Positions 25,461 through 44,266 of a stretch of 64,000 bases of DNA are shown one piece after another. Within the stretch, counting starts at the first letter, position 1. Each line of letters begins with the position of its first letter. A model generated the notes under the pieces. That model was not told the DNA's origin. It did no database searches and saw only the letters and a program-made list of their open reading frames with translations. Made by a program: the position numbers and the translations under genes. The DNA is from the human T2T-CHM13v2.0 reference genome, Homo sapiens: the NCBI RefSeq assembly GCF_009914755.1, contig NC_060929.1. The stretch is one strand, 5' to 3'.

Positions 25461-28161
25461 CACTGAGAGCGGGTGGGGGTGCTGTGGGGGGTGGTTGTGG
25501 AGACAAAGCGTTTTATTTTCCAACCAGATTGGGGTTGAGGAACCTCCCGCAGTAAGAAGGCAAAAAAATGGTGCGCCCCTTTCAATTACTACATCATTCA
25601 CATAAAACACTTATTTATTAAAACAAATCTCAAACGGGCTGCGAGGAGAGGATGTCGGTAAATACAAGTTTGATTGTGTTATCTTGGGGGAAATAATGTA
25701 TGTGATCGCTCGGTGGCAGAGAGAAGCCAAACGAGCCGCTAGCGCGTAGCGAAGAGAAAAGGGAGGCTGGCTGTGTGGAACTGACTGCGAGCATTTTGCC
25801 GGCTTCCCTTCCTTGTTCCAAGGACTTCGCAGCCCAACTCCCAAGACTGATTTTCTGTATTGCAGCTTCTGGCTTTCAACCCTCCCCCCACCACTTTGCC
25901 CTTCCTGCAGTTTTTTTTTTTTTTCTTCCCTGTGTCTCTCTTTTTACTCGCTGATTAAATAAGAAAAATCGATCTGCGGGTAAAGGCGATGGTGGGGAAA
26001 CAAGTAACCCTTTTGTTTCCAGGGCTCTGGTCTACAGGCACTGAAGTGTGAACGCAGGCGACCATTTAACCAACACTATGTGAATGGTTCTTCCCTGGAA
26101 TTAGTAACAAATCTTTTCCACCTGGTGTTATGTGACTCCAAAAAAGAAAAACTTAATATTAAAATAAGGCCCCAGCTAAACATAGTAACACCTCGGGCCA
26201 GCCTCATCTTTTAAAAAATCGACTTATGAAAGTTAAATGTACTAGGAAGATTAACTGTTAAACAGTCCCAGTACACGTATTTAAACTGTGGAAGGGTCAG
26301 AATTCCTCTTCCCCCATATCTTTAACCCCACTGGTGGGGAAGGGGGCATCATGAATCCTCTGAATGCTACATCTACAATCCACAAACACAGAAATATTTT
26401 AGAATTTATTGTAGGACAAATGCCAGCAACCAAGTTAATGAGACTCAGCTCATAGGATAAGAGAGGTTAATATGAAATAACAAGTTTAACATTTTACTAT
26501 AACAGCTAACATATTTAAGCTAATGTATTTACATATATTAAGCCTTTAGAGTACATTTAATTTTTAATTTTTTATTGTTACCTTCATTGTTTTTACAAGC
26601 TACAATATGGACATTTGAAAGTCAAAGGTTACTGTAAACTGAAAGCATCATGATCCCAAGTTTTAAAGATCCAGTACTACTGGGATTGTAATTTCCACGT
26701 GACAATTGTAATTTAAGGTTGTGTCTTAACTGAGTCATATGGACATGTAAAGTGAATGAGTGCTAGCAGAAGACAGCTTCTGATGTAAATATTCAGTGAT
26801 GACTTCGTGGATCAATAAAAATATTTATGTCACATATTTTAAATAATGGCTATTGACTCATGTTTGAGCTTTCAATATATTTAGTCCATAAAAAAATTGC
26901 CAATTAGCTGTTTCACTACCATAAATGAACTAGATTTGAGGCTGCAAATAGTAATAAACAGCAGTTTCCACCCTTTATTGGGACATATAAACCAGAGGAA
27001 TGCAATCTGTACTAGTCCTTAGCTCTCCCTAAGTCAATTTGTATTCAAATCAAAGCTGTACTTTAACAAATAAAATGGGCAAATTAGGGATCTGATATCT
27101 ACCTAGCCTCCATTTTAGCTTTGAGATTTGTTTTATATTTTTGAATATACAGATTTTACATTTGTGTATGCCCCATTGATAAGAATACAGCACCATACTG
27201 TTTTTTAACTTTTCTTCTTCTAAAAGAGTGATTTCTCAAAGGATCAGATCACTCTTGGGCACTTCCTGTGTCCCTGGGGTGTCATCTACATCTCAGCCTT
27301 TGGAAGCCCATGCCTACCCCATATGTTATATTAGTTTGGAAATAATATATAGGTAGTTCTTAAAAGAATGGGACATTTAAAAATGAGACCTAGTGAAGCT
27401 GGAGAAGATTGGAGTTCCTCCAATACAAAACAAATTACAGCGTCTGCAGCACAGATGAAGTCTAACTAAAACCAAAGTTTAGGGTTTGTAATAATCAAAT
27501 AATCTAATCTAACCCGAGCTTCAACACTTAAACCCAAACCTTAAACCTTTCTGAGAAACCCTACTGGCCCAAGATGAAGGCTTAGGCCCGACTCTACCAC
27601 ATATTTAACCCAAACCATTTTGATAAATTAAAGTATTTCCTTCCATTCCAACATCTCCACACTCCATTTACACCCCACCCCCACCTCCTTCCTCCCAGGT
27701 TCTTCCAGGAGACTTTTGAATAAACCAGTGTTGTCAGACTGGCTTTTCTTGTGTTTGTTTTGTTTTGTTTTGTTTGACAAAGGGGCCAATCAAAAGGCAT
27801 CAGAGGACCATCAGCTAATTGATGACTGAAACTAAGACAATTAACTACCAGTTTTGAAAATCAGAGCTACTCCTCTCACAAAATTGGGAAGTTTTCTGTA
27901 TTTATAGAGATGAAAATGTTATCTTAATCTCTCATCAAGGTAACTAGGAACCTATTTGTCACCATTCTAATATCCACATGCATATACTTCATAATATCAA
28001 TACACTACTGTATAATATAAGCACTATGTAATTTTACACCTTAGTGTCTACTCAGAGATGTGGTAGAAAGGAGGAGATGTCAGGAAATGAGTATTTGGAA
28101 CAGAGGGGTGGAAGGAGCATGAGGATAGTGTAAAAGGGGCATTTAAAAAGTATCATCCAGC

Positions 28162-28443
<282 letters not shown>

Positions 28444-28689
28444 TCATCCCCCTCCAACAACCTCCACTACCCGCTCCTTGGATCTCAAGATCAGCTCTGC
28501 CCCTGCTTGTACTACATCATTGTTAAGGTCATCAAAAGGTCCCTTTCCTCCTTTTTTAAAGACAGACGATCTCAATGCTGAGGAGGCCAGGGGCTTCTAG
28601 CAGTAACACAGGAAAACATGGTGATCTTTCTTTGGTGCCTATTTCCTCTGATTTAGGGTATATTATTAAAGATCAAAGATTATTTCTTG

Positions 28690-29285
<596 letters not shown>

Positions 29286-29785
29286 TATATATCTATTTCT
29301 CCAGTTTTTGTGTATTTGTAAGGGAGTCTATTCCTAGGCCTACCTTTTCTATATTTATGCCAACATTGACACTTGAGATCTACTCAGGATCAAGGGAAAA
29401 AGTGGAAAACAAAGTTATAAAAAATGAAACCAACATGGAAATGGGGTTAATTTATAGGAAAAAGAACTTAATTTAGACATAATGAGAAACTTACTGGCTA
29501 TCCCAGAGGATTATGGAGAAAGATTCTTATCTCTCTGGGTTTGCTTATCAACAGGATGGCCTCAAGGCAGTGGGCAGGTGTCCTGCCCTGGTTTCTAGGG
29601 AATACAGTTGATGACTTATTAAACACCCACACAAACACAAGAAGGTCTTTGCTTTTTTTCCCTACAGGTAACATCCTGACTTGCTAAAGGTCCTCTAGAA
29701 AAAACACTGTCTCTACTTTTTCACACCTGCATGCTAAATCCAATTTAAGTTTCTGGGTAGTACTTTAAACAATATCCATTTCCCA

Positions 29786-30075
29786 GGCTGGATGTGGTGA
29801 CTCATGCATGTAATCTCAACACTTTTAGAGGCTGGGGTGAGAAGATGCCTTGAGCCCAGAAGTGCAAGACCAGCCTGGGCAACATAGGGTGACCCCGTCT
29901 CTATATAAAATCAAAAAAACTAGTCAGGCAAGGTGGTCTATAATGCCAGCTACTCAGGAGGCTGAGGCAAAAGGATCACCTGAGCCCAGGAGGTCGAGGC
30001 TGCAGTGAGCCATAATCACGCCACTGCACTCTAGCCTGGGCAACAGAGCCGGACCCTGTCTTTTTAAAAAAACAA
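29786..30075 (+). mobile_element. AluJ-like
   Basis: Diverged Alu dimer with TGAGCCCAGGAGGTCGAGGCTGCAGTGAGC. Confidence 0.9.
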
Positions 30076-32842
30076 AAATATCCATTTCTGGATAACTGTT
30101 GCCAAAAGGAGACGAGCAGTGTTGTTCTTGGTCAAACATTTGACGTTTTGCATTATCCTGAAATATCACTGGAACAAGACAAAGCACTAAGAGCCTTGTC
30201 TACCGTGGAAAGAAGGGCCCCTGCACACCATAACATTTCAGGTCCTTTTGGGGAGCATGAAGGGTCTCAGAGAAGAAAAACATCAACAATGTTCTCCCTG
30301 CCATGAAAGACTGTGGGACATTTCCAATATACATTTTGTAAATACGACTATTTACACACATCGTATTACTCTGCTATGTTAACTTTTCAAGATACTTCTA
30401 TGCCCTATTAATTCACCTTCAGTTTAAATTCCTTAGAGTATAACAAAAAGACCCTCCACCCAAGGGAGGGAAAGTAATAACTGTCTTGACATGTCTTTAC
30501 AATACAGTTTACCTTAAACAAGTTGCGATGATATAGAGCAAATATTACGTGAATTTATTTAAGACTACAATGCATTTAATTAGTAAAGCAATATAAAGTT
30601 GAAGAACTTTATATACTTATAAACCCTCTATGTTTATGTAATTCCTCATATAGTCTCTAATCCTCCATCTTAAAATAATCAAAATAAAAAGCAGCAAATT
30701 GTCTTTTTTATGCCTTGCAGCTCTAGAGAACCTAGCAAAATATGGCAAAACAATGTGATCTTTAAAGGAAAACATTTGTATACTGCTCTCATTAAGAGAA
30801 GTGCAATGTAGGTCAGTGTTAAGTATCTGAAATTGTACCTCCGCTTGGCTCGGGCTTTTGTGGTGTGGTGTGTGCAGCTATATCTGAGTGGGTGCTCAAG
30901 CAAGGTCTGAGGATCAGTTAGCAAAGTAAGGCAATTTACATCTCGTGTAATGAAACCATTTCTGGAAAAGGATTTTTCTTTTATGCCAGCAGAGACTGGC
31001 TGCATAAAGAAGATCAAAACACAAGCTACATTAAAAAAAAAAAAAAAAAAAGAACTACTTATTGGAGATTTCTGTTGCTGGTTTTATTACAATATGTATT
31101 TTACAGATTTAGGTAATAGCCCTGATTTTTCAAATCGACCTCTGTTTAGACACGTTTCACTTTCGGCTGTTTCTTGTCTGTAAAATTACAGTCATTTGCA
31201 CGTTATTACAGTGAGTAGGAGACAGATTGTATTTAGCATTGGGTGGGGGAAGGGTTATTATGGGAAGTGATCTGCTAAGGTCAGCACATAATTTCAGCCT
31301 GAAGAAAATTGCTTCTGAATGGCTGGTCTGTTAGCTAGCCAAGGAATAGTCACTGGGAGAGACTGCAAAATACTTCTGCTTAATCTGCATTATAGAGTTA
31401 TTCTCATTTCCAGATAGATGGCCCGTAGATACAGTGTTTGTAAAACTAAATTTAAAAACTTGTAGGTGAAATGTTGTCACTGCTCTATTTGAATTCAAAA
31501 CAATTACAACAAAATGCAATACGATCAAGCACAGGAAGATCAAGAGGCAGCAGGATCCAGCCATTACGTTCCACTCCATCTTTCTCCTTTGCCTCCATTT
31601 CTCTGCTTCTTCTTTTGTCATTTTTAAAATCCTTATGACTTCATGACAGTAGATTTTTACATATGTGTAAAAATTGAGAGCAATACCAAACACATTGATA
31701 CATGTATCTCCAACTTTCACACATATATGACTGCAGGAAAACAAAATGCCTAAATTAGTTTCTTTTTGGAGAGTGGCATAATTCCCTCAAGTGTGAAAGC
31801 ACTAAATATACTTTTGATGCTAGAATTTAAGGATTTTTTTCACATTTTATAAAAATATATTCTATTTGTGCACATTTTCTAAAGCTGACAGAAGAACAAA
31901 GCAGTGATACTTATCAGAAACAGTAACCCCTGCCTAATTTTAATATTTAAATCCAACCCTTATGCATCACCTGGGAAGTCTTAACATATTTGGTTAGATG
32001 AAATCAGGAGACCAAAGTTTATTTTAAAGAAGAATAAAAGAGTTCCGTTATACTCGGCTCCTTTGGCTGTTGAATATCACTTTTGTTGTGAACAACTGTG
32101 CCTCTTTTGTTTTCAAAACAAGCTTTCCTAAAGAATGAATCACTACAATCATTTGGAGAATATGCAATAAACAACAGAAAGCCAGAAAGTTGTTTTGCTA
32201 TTTTCTCAGCAGAGCCTTTCCTCCCCTTCCTCACAGCTCAGCGGTGCCTCCAGTCCACCAGCCAATCATCATTATGGAAATGTGGTTCTCAGCCCCCTGA
32301 TTGGCTGACTTCTGGTCCAGGATGTTTAAGGTTTCTACAGCTCATCACATGCATTGCCTGCCAGACTGCTCTGTGGACCTTTTTCTACTATGAATATTTT
32401 AATCATCTTTTATTTTCCTTTCTGTCCTTCTGTCCTCTTTTTTAAGATTCTTAAAATCATTTAAGGAAGCACCTTGTATTTTCTTGCAAACACCTTTAAA
32501 ATGTAATGATCTGTTAAGAATAGAGTTGAATATACGAGAACATGTTTTCTAACCATATTTTAATGTTTTCTGTTTATTTGGGTTTTAATGATGTGTCTTT
32601 GGATTTTAGAGGGGTCCCATGAAAGTTAAATGAACAAACATATGCTTTAATTTTTATAATTCTAAACATAATGTCTCCCAAAAAGAATTTTATTGAGATA
32701 TTTACAAGTCAAAACATTAAATTAAAAAACCTTTAATACTGAAAAGTAATCTTTCAGGTAAAGGAGACAATGTATTTTTTCATAATTAAAACATTGCCTT
32801 TTATTTGTAATTTTAAAAGATGTTTTAAACATTAACACTCTT

Positions 32843-33147
32843 GGCCGGGTGCTGTGGCATACGCCTGTAATCCCAGCAGTTTGGGAGGCCGAGGCAGGTG
32901 GATCGCTTGGGGTTAGGAGTTCGAGACCAGCCTGGCCAACACGGTGAAACCCCGTCTCTACTAAAAATACAAAAATTAGCTGGGCATTATGGCAGCTGCC
33001 TGTAATCCCAGCTACTCAGGAGTCTGAGGCAGGGGAATCACTTGAACCTGGGAGGCAGAGGTTGCAGTGAGCCAAGATCATGCCACTGCACTCCAGAACT
33101 CCAGTCTGGACAACAAAGCGAGACTCTGTCTCAAAAAAAAAAAAAAA
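32843..33147 (+). mobile_element. AluS
   Basis: Full dimer, A tail, flanking direct repeat TTAACACTC. Confidence 0.93.
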
Positions 33148-33156
33148 GGAAGTTAA

Positions 33157-33552
<396 letters not shown>

Positions 33553-34142
33553 TAATTCAAGTGAATAATAGTAGGAAATACATGTGTGATTTACTATGTT
33601 CCAAAAAGTCTTCTTAATTATTTATATGTATTAATTTATTTAATCTTCATAGCAGGCAAGTGAAATAAGTAGTATTAGCATCAGAATGAGGAAACTGAGA
33701 CACAGAAATCATGTAATTTGTCTAAATTTTCCAGCCAAATCTTGGTCCAGCCAAGATTTAATATAGGAAGCCTGTATGCTTAACCACTGCACCAGGACTA
33801 TTATAAAAGAACAAAACTCCAGACAACATTGCCATTCTTTTTGTTGAGTGCAGGAACATTAACAGGTGACCAAGGACTTCTTTTCCTGAAAGAAATGCAG
33901 TTAACAAGCAATGTGCTAACTTTTTTCCAACATAGAACAACTCTATGCCAAACTGAAGATATGGCACATTTGATCAGATACATGCAAATTCTGCGAGAAA
34001 TTGTATCACTTCTGGTCCTTATACTCAGGATATTTTTTAAAAATCAATTTTCTTCTTATCACTTAATTGAAAAAAAAAGTTTTTGGTCACATCTTTGGAT
34101 CTGAGAAAAATTTTAAACATTTAAGAAATATTCCCATAATAG

Positions 34143-34463
34143 TGAGGCAGCCAGGTGGGAGGGGGTCCCTGGAGAAACTCCAACCAGCCTGCCCAATGAG
34201 ATGGAGCCTCACCAACGTGAAGTTCAGGACATTTGCAGCAGGGAGGAACCTTGCCTTACCTTTTCCTGTGTGGAACCTGGGATCCAAGCTGCTGGTGAGC
34301 AGCACTCTATCTGCCAGAGTCCTTGTTTCCCCCTTTTCTTCCTTTTCACCCAATAAAACCCTGCTTCACTCACCCTTCAAACCATCTGGGAACCTAAATT
34401 TTCATGGCCGTGGGACGGAAAAGGACCCTGTTGTTAGCTGAACCAAGGAAAAGTCTTACCACA
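34143..34463 (+). mobile_element. ERV1-class solo LTR (MER61-like)
   Basis: TG...CA termini, 4-bp TSD ATAG on both sides, internal AATAAA. The 5' end TGAGGCAGCCAGGTGGGAGGGGGTCCC resembles MER61; the family name is from memory. Confidence 0.7.
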
Positions 34464-34547
34464 ATAGGTGGCAGAGTGAGGTTAAAAAATGACATAAAGC
34501 TGGCCATTATTGGGACTGGTGGTTTGTTGATAGGGATCATAATATTC

Positions 34548-34885
<338 letters not shown>

Positions 34886-34962
34886 GGGATCATAATATTC
34901 TTTATGTAATACATGCGCTTACATACGCACACACACTTTTGAAAATTTCTATGTTAAAAACT

Positions 34963-36590
<1,628 letters not shown>

Positions 36591-38473
36591 AATTAAATTC
36601 TTTAAATAAAATAGCAGCATACAGTGAAAGACGCTATATAATATAAGCAAAATTGAACAGAATTAGACTAAATGAAGAGAAAAATGTTTAATCTTTTCAC
36701 AAAGAGGTCTAAGACATCGACATTAAAAAGGGCATTGAAAAAGATAAAATCGTGGTAACAGTTACTATTCTTAACAAATAGGATATAATTTTGTGAAATA
36801 ATGAGATTATAACACAAGGAGTCACTGATAAAACTGTTATAGCAGGAAATGGATAAATCATTAAATATAATGAGATTTAACTATCACTGTAAGAGAAATG
36901 ATATGTAATTAGAAAAAGGAACAGAATATAAAAAGAAAGCAATGTCTCTATCCATGGTTCCACATTAGTAAAAGTCTAGTGATAAAGAGGGAAGTATCTC
37001 TGAGTCTATTAATAAATTATAGACCCAGTTTTCATTAATTATAATAACAATGGTCCTTCCAAATTCAAACTCATCTTCTATCATCCTTTCATTTTTAAGA
37101 AACACCTGTATAGCACTTACTCAGTGCAAGGCACTATACTAAGCATTTTACAAATATCAACTCATTTCCTGTAATTAAGTTTGAGCTATCCATGTAGTAA
37201 CTCAAAAATCCTCTATTGTGTTATGCAAGGTTCAAAGAAGATATGAAAAAGAAAAGACATCATCTCTGCCCTTGAGAGGCTTTGAGTTTCCTAGAGGAGA
37301 TAAGACACCCAACTATGAAAAGAATGTGATTTATGATAATAAGTAGAAAAAGCATTGCTTTGGGGGAAAAGGAAAAGCTAACTTTATCTAAGGAGTCAGT
37401 ATAGATTCTAGAAACAAAGTAGGTTAAATTGTTAAACCACATTAGAATGGAGATTGTATTTCCAAGCAGAGGAAATATAATGACCATACATGTAGTGGCA
37501 AGAAAGAATGGGGCCCCAGTGTTGTCCAGCATGGCTAGATCTTAGGGGTCTTAAAGGGAAGGAATGCTGGTCAGGCTGTAGGCTGAAGTCTTATTGTAGA
37601 TAGGGTCATTATGAACTGGCACAACGGTGTTCTGTTGAGGGAACAATGGACGCTGACATCAGGCCATGCTCTGCTCACCAGGCTGAGTGCCCTGGCTCTG
37701 TGCTATGTCACCCTAACGAAGGGCAATCTTTTGTAATGTATGTCAAACTGTGCTCTCATCCAGACTGGATTACACAGCTGCCTTTACCCCCTTTAGAGGA
37801 GCGTTTCAGTTTATCAGAGGACAATGGCCTACCCCTAGTAGGGACTATGGAAAATTCTTGAATCTCTTATCACTTTCAGTTTTTTACTGATGTATATAAA
37901 AAGAAAAGACAGAAAAGTTCCAGGAGATAGTAATGGATCATATCATATCATATATGCCTGGGCAAGTTCTTGAAAATTGTAATGCTCAAAACATTTGTTA
38001 AATTAATGAATTTATATTGAACTTCTATATGTGTAAATAGTAGAGAGAATGGATTCCCCAAAAATGTAAGGGGCAGTAATGAATCACAAGCAGCTCAGGA
38101 TGTATTGACATATACTGAAGCCAATGAGTATATTCACTGGACAAAAGATAACAATAAACATGTATTAAGACAACTCGGAATTTAGAAATCCTCAAATTAG
38201 AAAGTGCAAATTCTGCAAGAATATTTTACAGCCAAATTAAATAAACTAATGAAGGCAGAGAGAGGTCTTTATGAATGAAAACCTGTTGAGAGACAGGTCC
38301 TTATGAATCAAAACATGTTGAATGAAACAAAAGTTAATGTCAAGAAACGGAACATAGAGTCAAAAATGGGATCCCTAGAGAACAACAACATCTAAGTTGT
38401 CAAGGAAGATATTCTGGATAAATAAATAAATAAATAATAATCTAAATATGGGGCAAAAAATAAAAGGTCTTGA

Positions 38474-38819
<346 letters not shown>

Positions 38820-39169
38820 GAGAAGAGAGATTTTCTAAAGCTAGGGAAGGTACAGCTCTGAAGAGAGAGTGACCAACAATTCCAAATGCATCAGGGAAAT
38901 CAAGTAAGTTTCGGATGGAAAAGCCTCCATTGGTTTTTTTGGAGAAGTCATGGGTGATCTTAAAAGGAGCAATGTCAGTGAAATGGTAGCAATAACCCTT
39001 TCACTACAATGGGTTTGGGACTGAAATAGGCAGGAACAAGTAGATCAAATGAAGTCTACTCCTAGAAGCTTGTTGGTTGAAAGCAAAGAGAGAGCATCAT
39101 TTTTAGAAAAAGAGTCTGGGAAAAGGCTTTTGTTGTTGTTTACCTACTATGAAACAGCCTTCAACATTC

Positions 39170-39990
<821 letters not shown>

Positions 39991-40383
39991 TTTTTAAAAA
40001 AAGAAATGCCTGTTCAAGGTTTTATCCTAGTAACAAATGCTATGCAAAAGGAAAGGAAGGCAGCTGCATACAATGTGAATATATTCCCCACACCCAGGCC
40101 CTTTGGTAGGCCTTGCGTTACCTAGGGCTCCTCTCCGACTTGAACTCACAAACTAGAGGCTGTCTTATTTTGTTTGGAAAGAAGTTAGAGCAATAATCTG
40201 GAGGCAAAAAGCCTTTGCTTCCTGCTGTTCAATTGATGTGGCAAAGGAGCAAGGAGTTGGACCCTACTAGTGTAGCTCTTTCAAATGTGGTTCTTTGGTA
40301 CTTGGACGATTACTGTGGATCCTGTATTGCACTTCCTATATGTTAGGTTATTGTTGGTATTACTGATACCACATTTGTGGTAG

Positions 40384-40890
<507 letters not shown>

Positions 40891-42118
40891 TAGGCATACT
40901 GAGGCCATTATCTTGATGTAATCCCTATTGGGTTTTAAATTGAAGAAATACGTAAAAATAATTATGTTTGTCTCATAAAGTAAAAATATTACTACTAATA
41001 AATGCATTATTCAGGTGTATATAAAGCAAAAAAGAATAAGTTTCCTTCCAAATCTCCTTCTAACCATACTCTCTTATCCAGTAGAAATGTTTCTCTGTGA
41101 TTTACTATATTCCCTTGCATATTTTGTTTCCATGCATCTATAAGTGTATACATGATATGCAGTTTTTTTCTTGCAAAAACTAGAATTTCTCTATTACAGC
41201 TTTTTCTGCAATTACTTTTTCACTTAAGACTATATGATAAACATCTTCCCAGATCAGTACATATAAATGAGCTCATTCTTTTTATGGCTGCATGATATCA
41301 TTGAGATGGAAATACTGTAATTTACTATATCAGTTCTCCAAGTGATGAATATTTAGGTTGTTTTGAAAAAGCTTATGGTTTAATTCAACATCTCAAATAG
41401 TTATTAAGGTGTTATATGTATCGGGGTATCAAATAACATCTTATATCATAACAGAAAATATTATTAAACTATTCAGTATGAAAAATGAAGACTATTCCAG
41501 GAAAAGTCATTTAGTTGTCTCTCTTATGCTTAGGATTAAAATTATTAGGCAGAAAAAACTAAGTAACAGTGGCCATGGCTGAGCATGAAAGCAAACATCA
41601 CATTAAATATTTGCTTTCCGTGGGTCATTTGAGGTTCTGTCAACTCTAAACACATTGCCTTAAACTGTTGGAAATCTAAAAATAGTTGTACTACTGCTTT
41701 CCTTTTTGTTCCTTATTCGTCTCATATCAGTTTACCTGATGTGAGATGTTTTGTTCTAATATTTATTTAAGCACTCTCTGTGTGCCAGGCATTGTACTAA
41801 ATCTTTAGCCACAGTATTTTGCTTAACCCATACACCATCCAAGAAAAGTGTTATCCCCATTTTTAAATTAGATTTTGTTCAAATCCTAGCTCTGTTCTTT
41901 GTTAGCTCTGTGGCCTTGTGCCAGTCATATAACTTCCCTGAGCTTTGTGTTCCTCATAGAAAATAATGAGAACCATACTCTAGTACTCAATCATTTACAA
42001 ACGTTTATTGAGTTCCTACTGTGTGTCAGGCACTGAGTAACAAGGTTGTTTGAAAGATTCAATGAACTCATGCTTCTAAAATTGTACCTGGCACAAAATA
42101 TGCTTTCAAATGATAAAT

Positions 42119-42156
42119 ATCAGGTTGGTACAAAAGTAATTGTGGTTTTTGCAATG
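42119..42156 (+). mobile_element. Half MADE1 (mariner-derived terminal inverted repeat)
   Basis: CAGGTTGGTACAAAAGTAATTGTGGTTTTTGCAAT resembles the Hsmar1/MADE1 TIR TAGGTTGGTGCAAAAGTAATTGCGGTTTTTGC. Confidence 0.75.
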
Positions 42157-42172
42157 TAATAGTAATATTATT

Positions 42173-42358
42173 TTTTAAATGTATTTATTTATTTATTTTG
42201 AGACCAGGTTATGAAACTGGCTAATTTTTGTATTTTTGGTAGAGACAAGGTTTCACCATGTTGCCAAGGCTGGTCTCGAACACCTGGGCTCAAGGAATCC
42301 ACCCGCCCTCAGCCTCCCAAAGTTCTGGGATTCCAGGCGTGAGCTACTGTGCCTGGCC
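42173..42358 (-). mobile_element. Short Alu: left arm and linker with almost the whole right arm missing
   Basis: Reverse complement reads GGCCAGGC...ATACAAAAATTAGCCAGTTTCATAACCTGGTCTC-A tail; TSD TGTAATAGTAATA. Confidence 0.85.
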
Positions 42359-42723
42359 TGTAATAGTAATACTATTATTGTGGCTAGAAAGACACCAAGC
42401 TTGAATTTGAATGCAAGTCTATATGAGTCCAAGGCCTCCTCTTTTTTCTTCATGTTATCTTCCCAAAACCAGGGTCATGTGACTATACCTGTAATTCACC
42501 ATTTGTTTCACTGGTTTTTGCAATCTAAATCATACAGTTCTTTCAAGGCTAAAAAGTAAATCAAGCCCACCATAGTTTTTATGCTGGGGACTACTACCCC
42601 AAATCATTTTTTACTTCTCTTATTTGTTTTTTTTTTTTTTTTTTTTTTGCACTGTACACTACACGATCTAGTTAGTTCTCCATGGGTTGTCATATATTTT
42701 TTCTCTAAGCTATAAAAGTTAGC

Positions 42724-43200
42724 TGGCACTATTCACAATAGCAAAGACTTGGAACCAACCCAATTGTCCAACAATGATAGACTGGATTAAGAAAATGTGG
42801 CACACATACACCATGGAATACTATGCAGCCATAAAAAATGGTGAGTTCATGTCCTTTGTAGGTACATGGATGAAGCTGGAAACCATCATTCTCAGCAAAC
42901 TATCACAAGGACAAAAAACCAAACACCACATGTTCTCACTCATAGGTGGGAATTGAACAATGAGAACACATGGACACTGGAAGGGGAACATCACAACCGG
43001 GGACAGTTGTGGGGTCGGGGGATGGGGGAGAGAGAGCATTAGGAGATATACCTAATGCTAAATGACAAGTTAACAGGTGCAGCACACCAACATGGCACAT
43101 GTATTCATATGTTACAAACCTGCACGTTGTGCACATGTACCCTAAAACTTAAAGTATAATAATTAAAAAAAAAAAAGAAAGAAAACTCCACCAAAAAAAA
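42724..43200 (+). mobile_element. 5'-truncated L1PA 3' end (ORF2 C-terminus, 3' UTR, poly-A)
   Basis: ORF 42774-42956 (DWIKKMWH.YTMEYYAAIK...HMFSLIGGN) is the L1 ORF2p C-terminus; ends AAAACTTAAAGTATAATAA-polyA. Confidence 0.95.
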
Positions 43201-43209
43201 AAAGTTATC

Positions 43210-43580
43210 TTGGGCTAGCATAACAAACGAGATACATTGGGAGACTTAAGCAACAGAAATTTGTTTTTTTCACAATTCTGGAGGCTAATAGTCTCAGATC
43301 AAGATCTGGGATGGTTGGTTACTGGTGAGCATTTTCTTCCTGGCTTGCAAACAGCTCCATTCTCCCTGTGTCTTTATGTGGTGAAAAGAGAGAGAGGCAG
43401 AGGGCTCTCTGATGTCTCTTCTTATAGGACACCAATGCTATTGGATCAAGGCCCTATGCATATGATCTCATTCACCCTCAATTACTTCCTTAGAGGCTTC
43501 AACTCTAAATACAGCCACGTTGGAAGTTAGGGCATCAACATATGAATTTGGGGGAGACACAAACATTCAGTGCATAACCA
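43210..43580. mobile_element. MLT1-type (MaLR) LTR
   Basis: TTAAGCAACAGAAATTT...CACAATTCTGGAGGCTA and CAACATATGAATTTGGGGG...ACAAACATTCAG. Confidence 0.8.
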
Positions 43581-43865
43581 AGTGCCTTCTTAAATGTATC
43601 TTGTCTTTCAAGACTTCAAGCAGAGAGACAGTATTGCATTTTTGACTTCTTTTATGTTTCTTGCAAAGGGCTTAGCTGTGACTAGACATGTAGTAGACTG
43701 AGCAATATACAAATGAAATCTATTTTACAAAATTTGCAAATCAAAATAAATGGAAGGACAATCACTATGATACATGGGTTCATGGATACTACTGTGAAAG
43801 AGGTCAGTGATAGAAGACTGAAGAAAGGGCAAACATTTAAAACTTCTAGGCTCTTTGACATTGAA

Positions 43866-43964
43866 ATATATATATATATACATATATATATACACACATA
43901 TATATACATATATATATACACACATATATATACATATATATATACACACATATATATATATATA
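43866..43964. repeat. Compound (TA)n/(TATACA)n microsatellite
   Basis: Directly visible, adjoining an Alu tail. Confidence 0.95.
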
Positions 43965-44266
43965 TTTTTTTTTTGAGATGGAGTTTCACTCTTGTTGCCC
44001 AGGCTGGAGTGCAATGGCATGATCTCATGATCTCAGTTCACCGCAACCTCCGCCTCCCGGGTTCAAGCGATTCTCCTGCTTCAGCCTCCCGAATAGCTAG
44101 GATTACAGGCATGTGCCACCACATTGGGAAAATTTTTTGTATTTTTAGTAGAGATGGGGTTTTCCCATGTTGGTCAGGTTGGTTTTGAACTCCCGACCTC
44201 AGGAGATCCTCCCGCCTCAGCCTCCCAAAATGCTGGGATTACAGGGGTGAGCTACCGCACTCGGCC
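43965..44266 (-). mobile_element. AluS
   Basis: Reverse Alu dimer with a small internal duplication CATGATCT x2. Confidence 0.92.
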
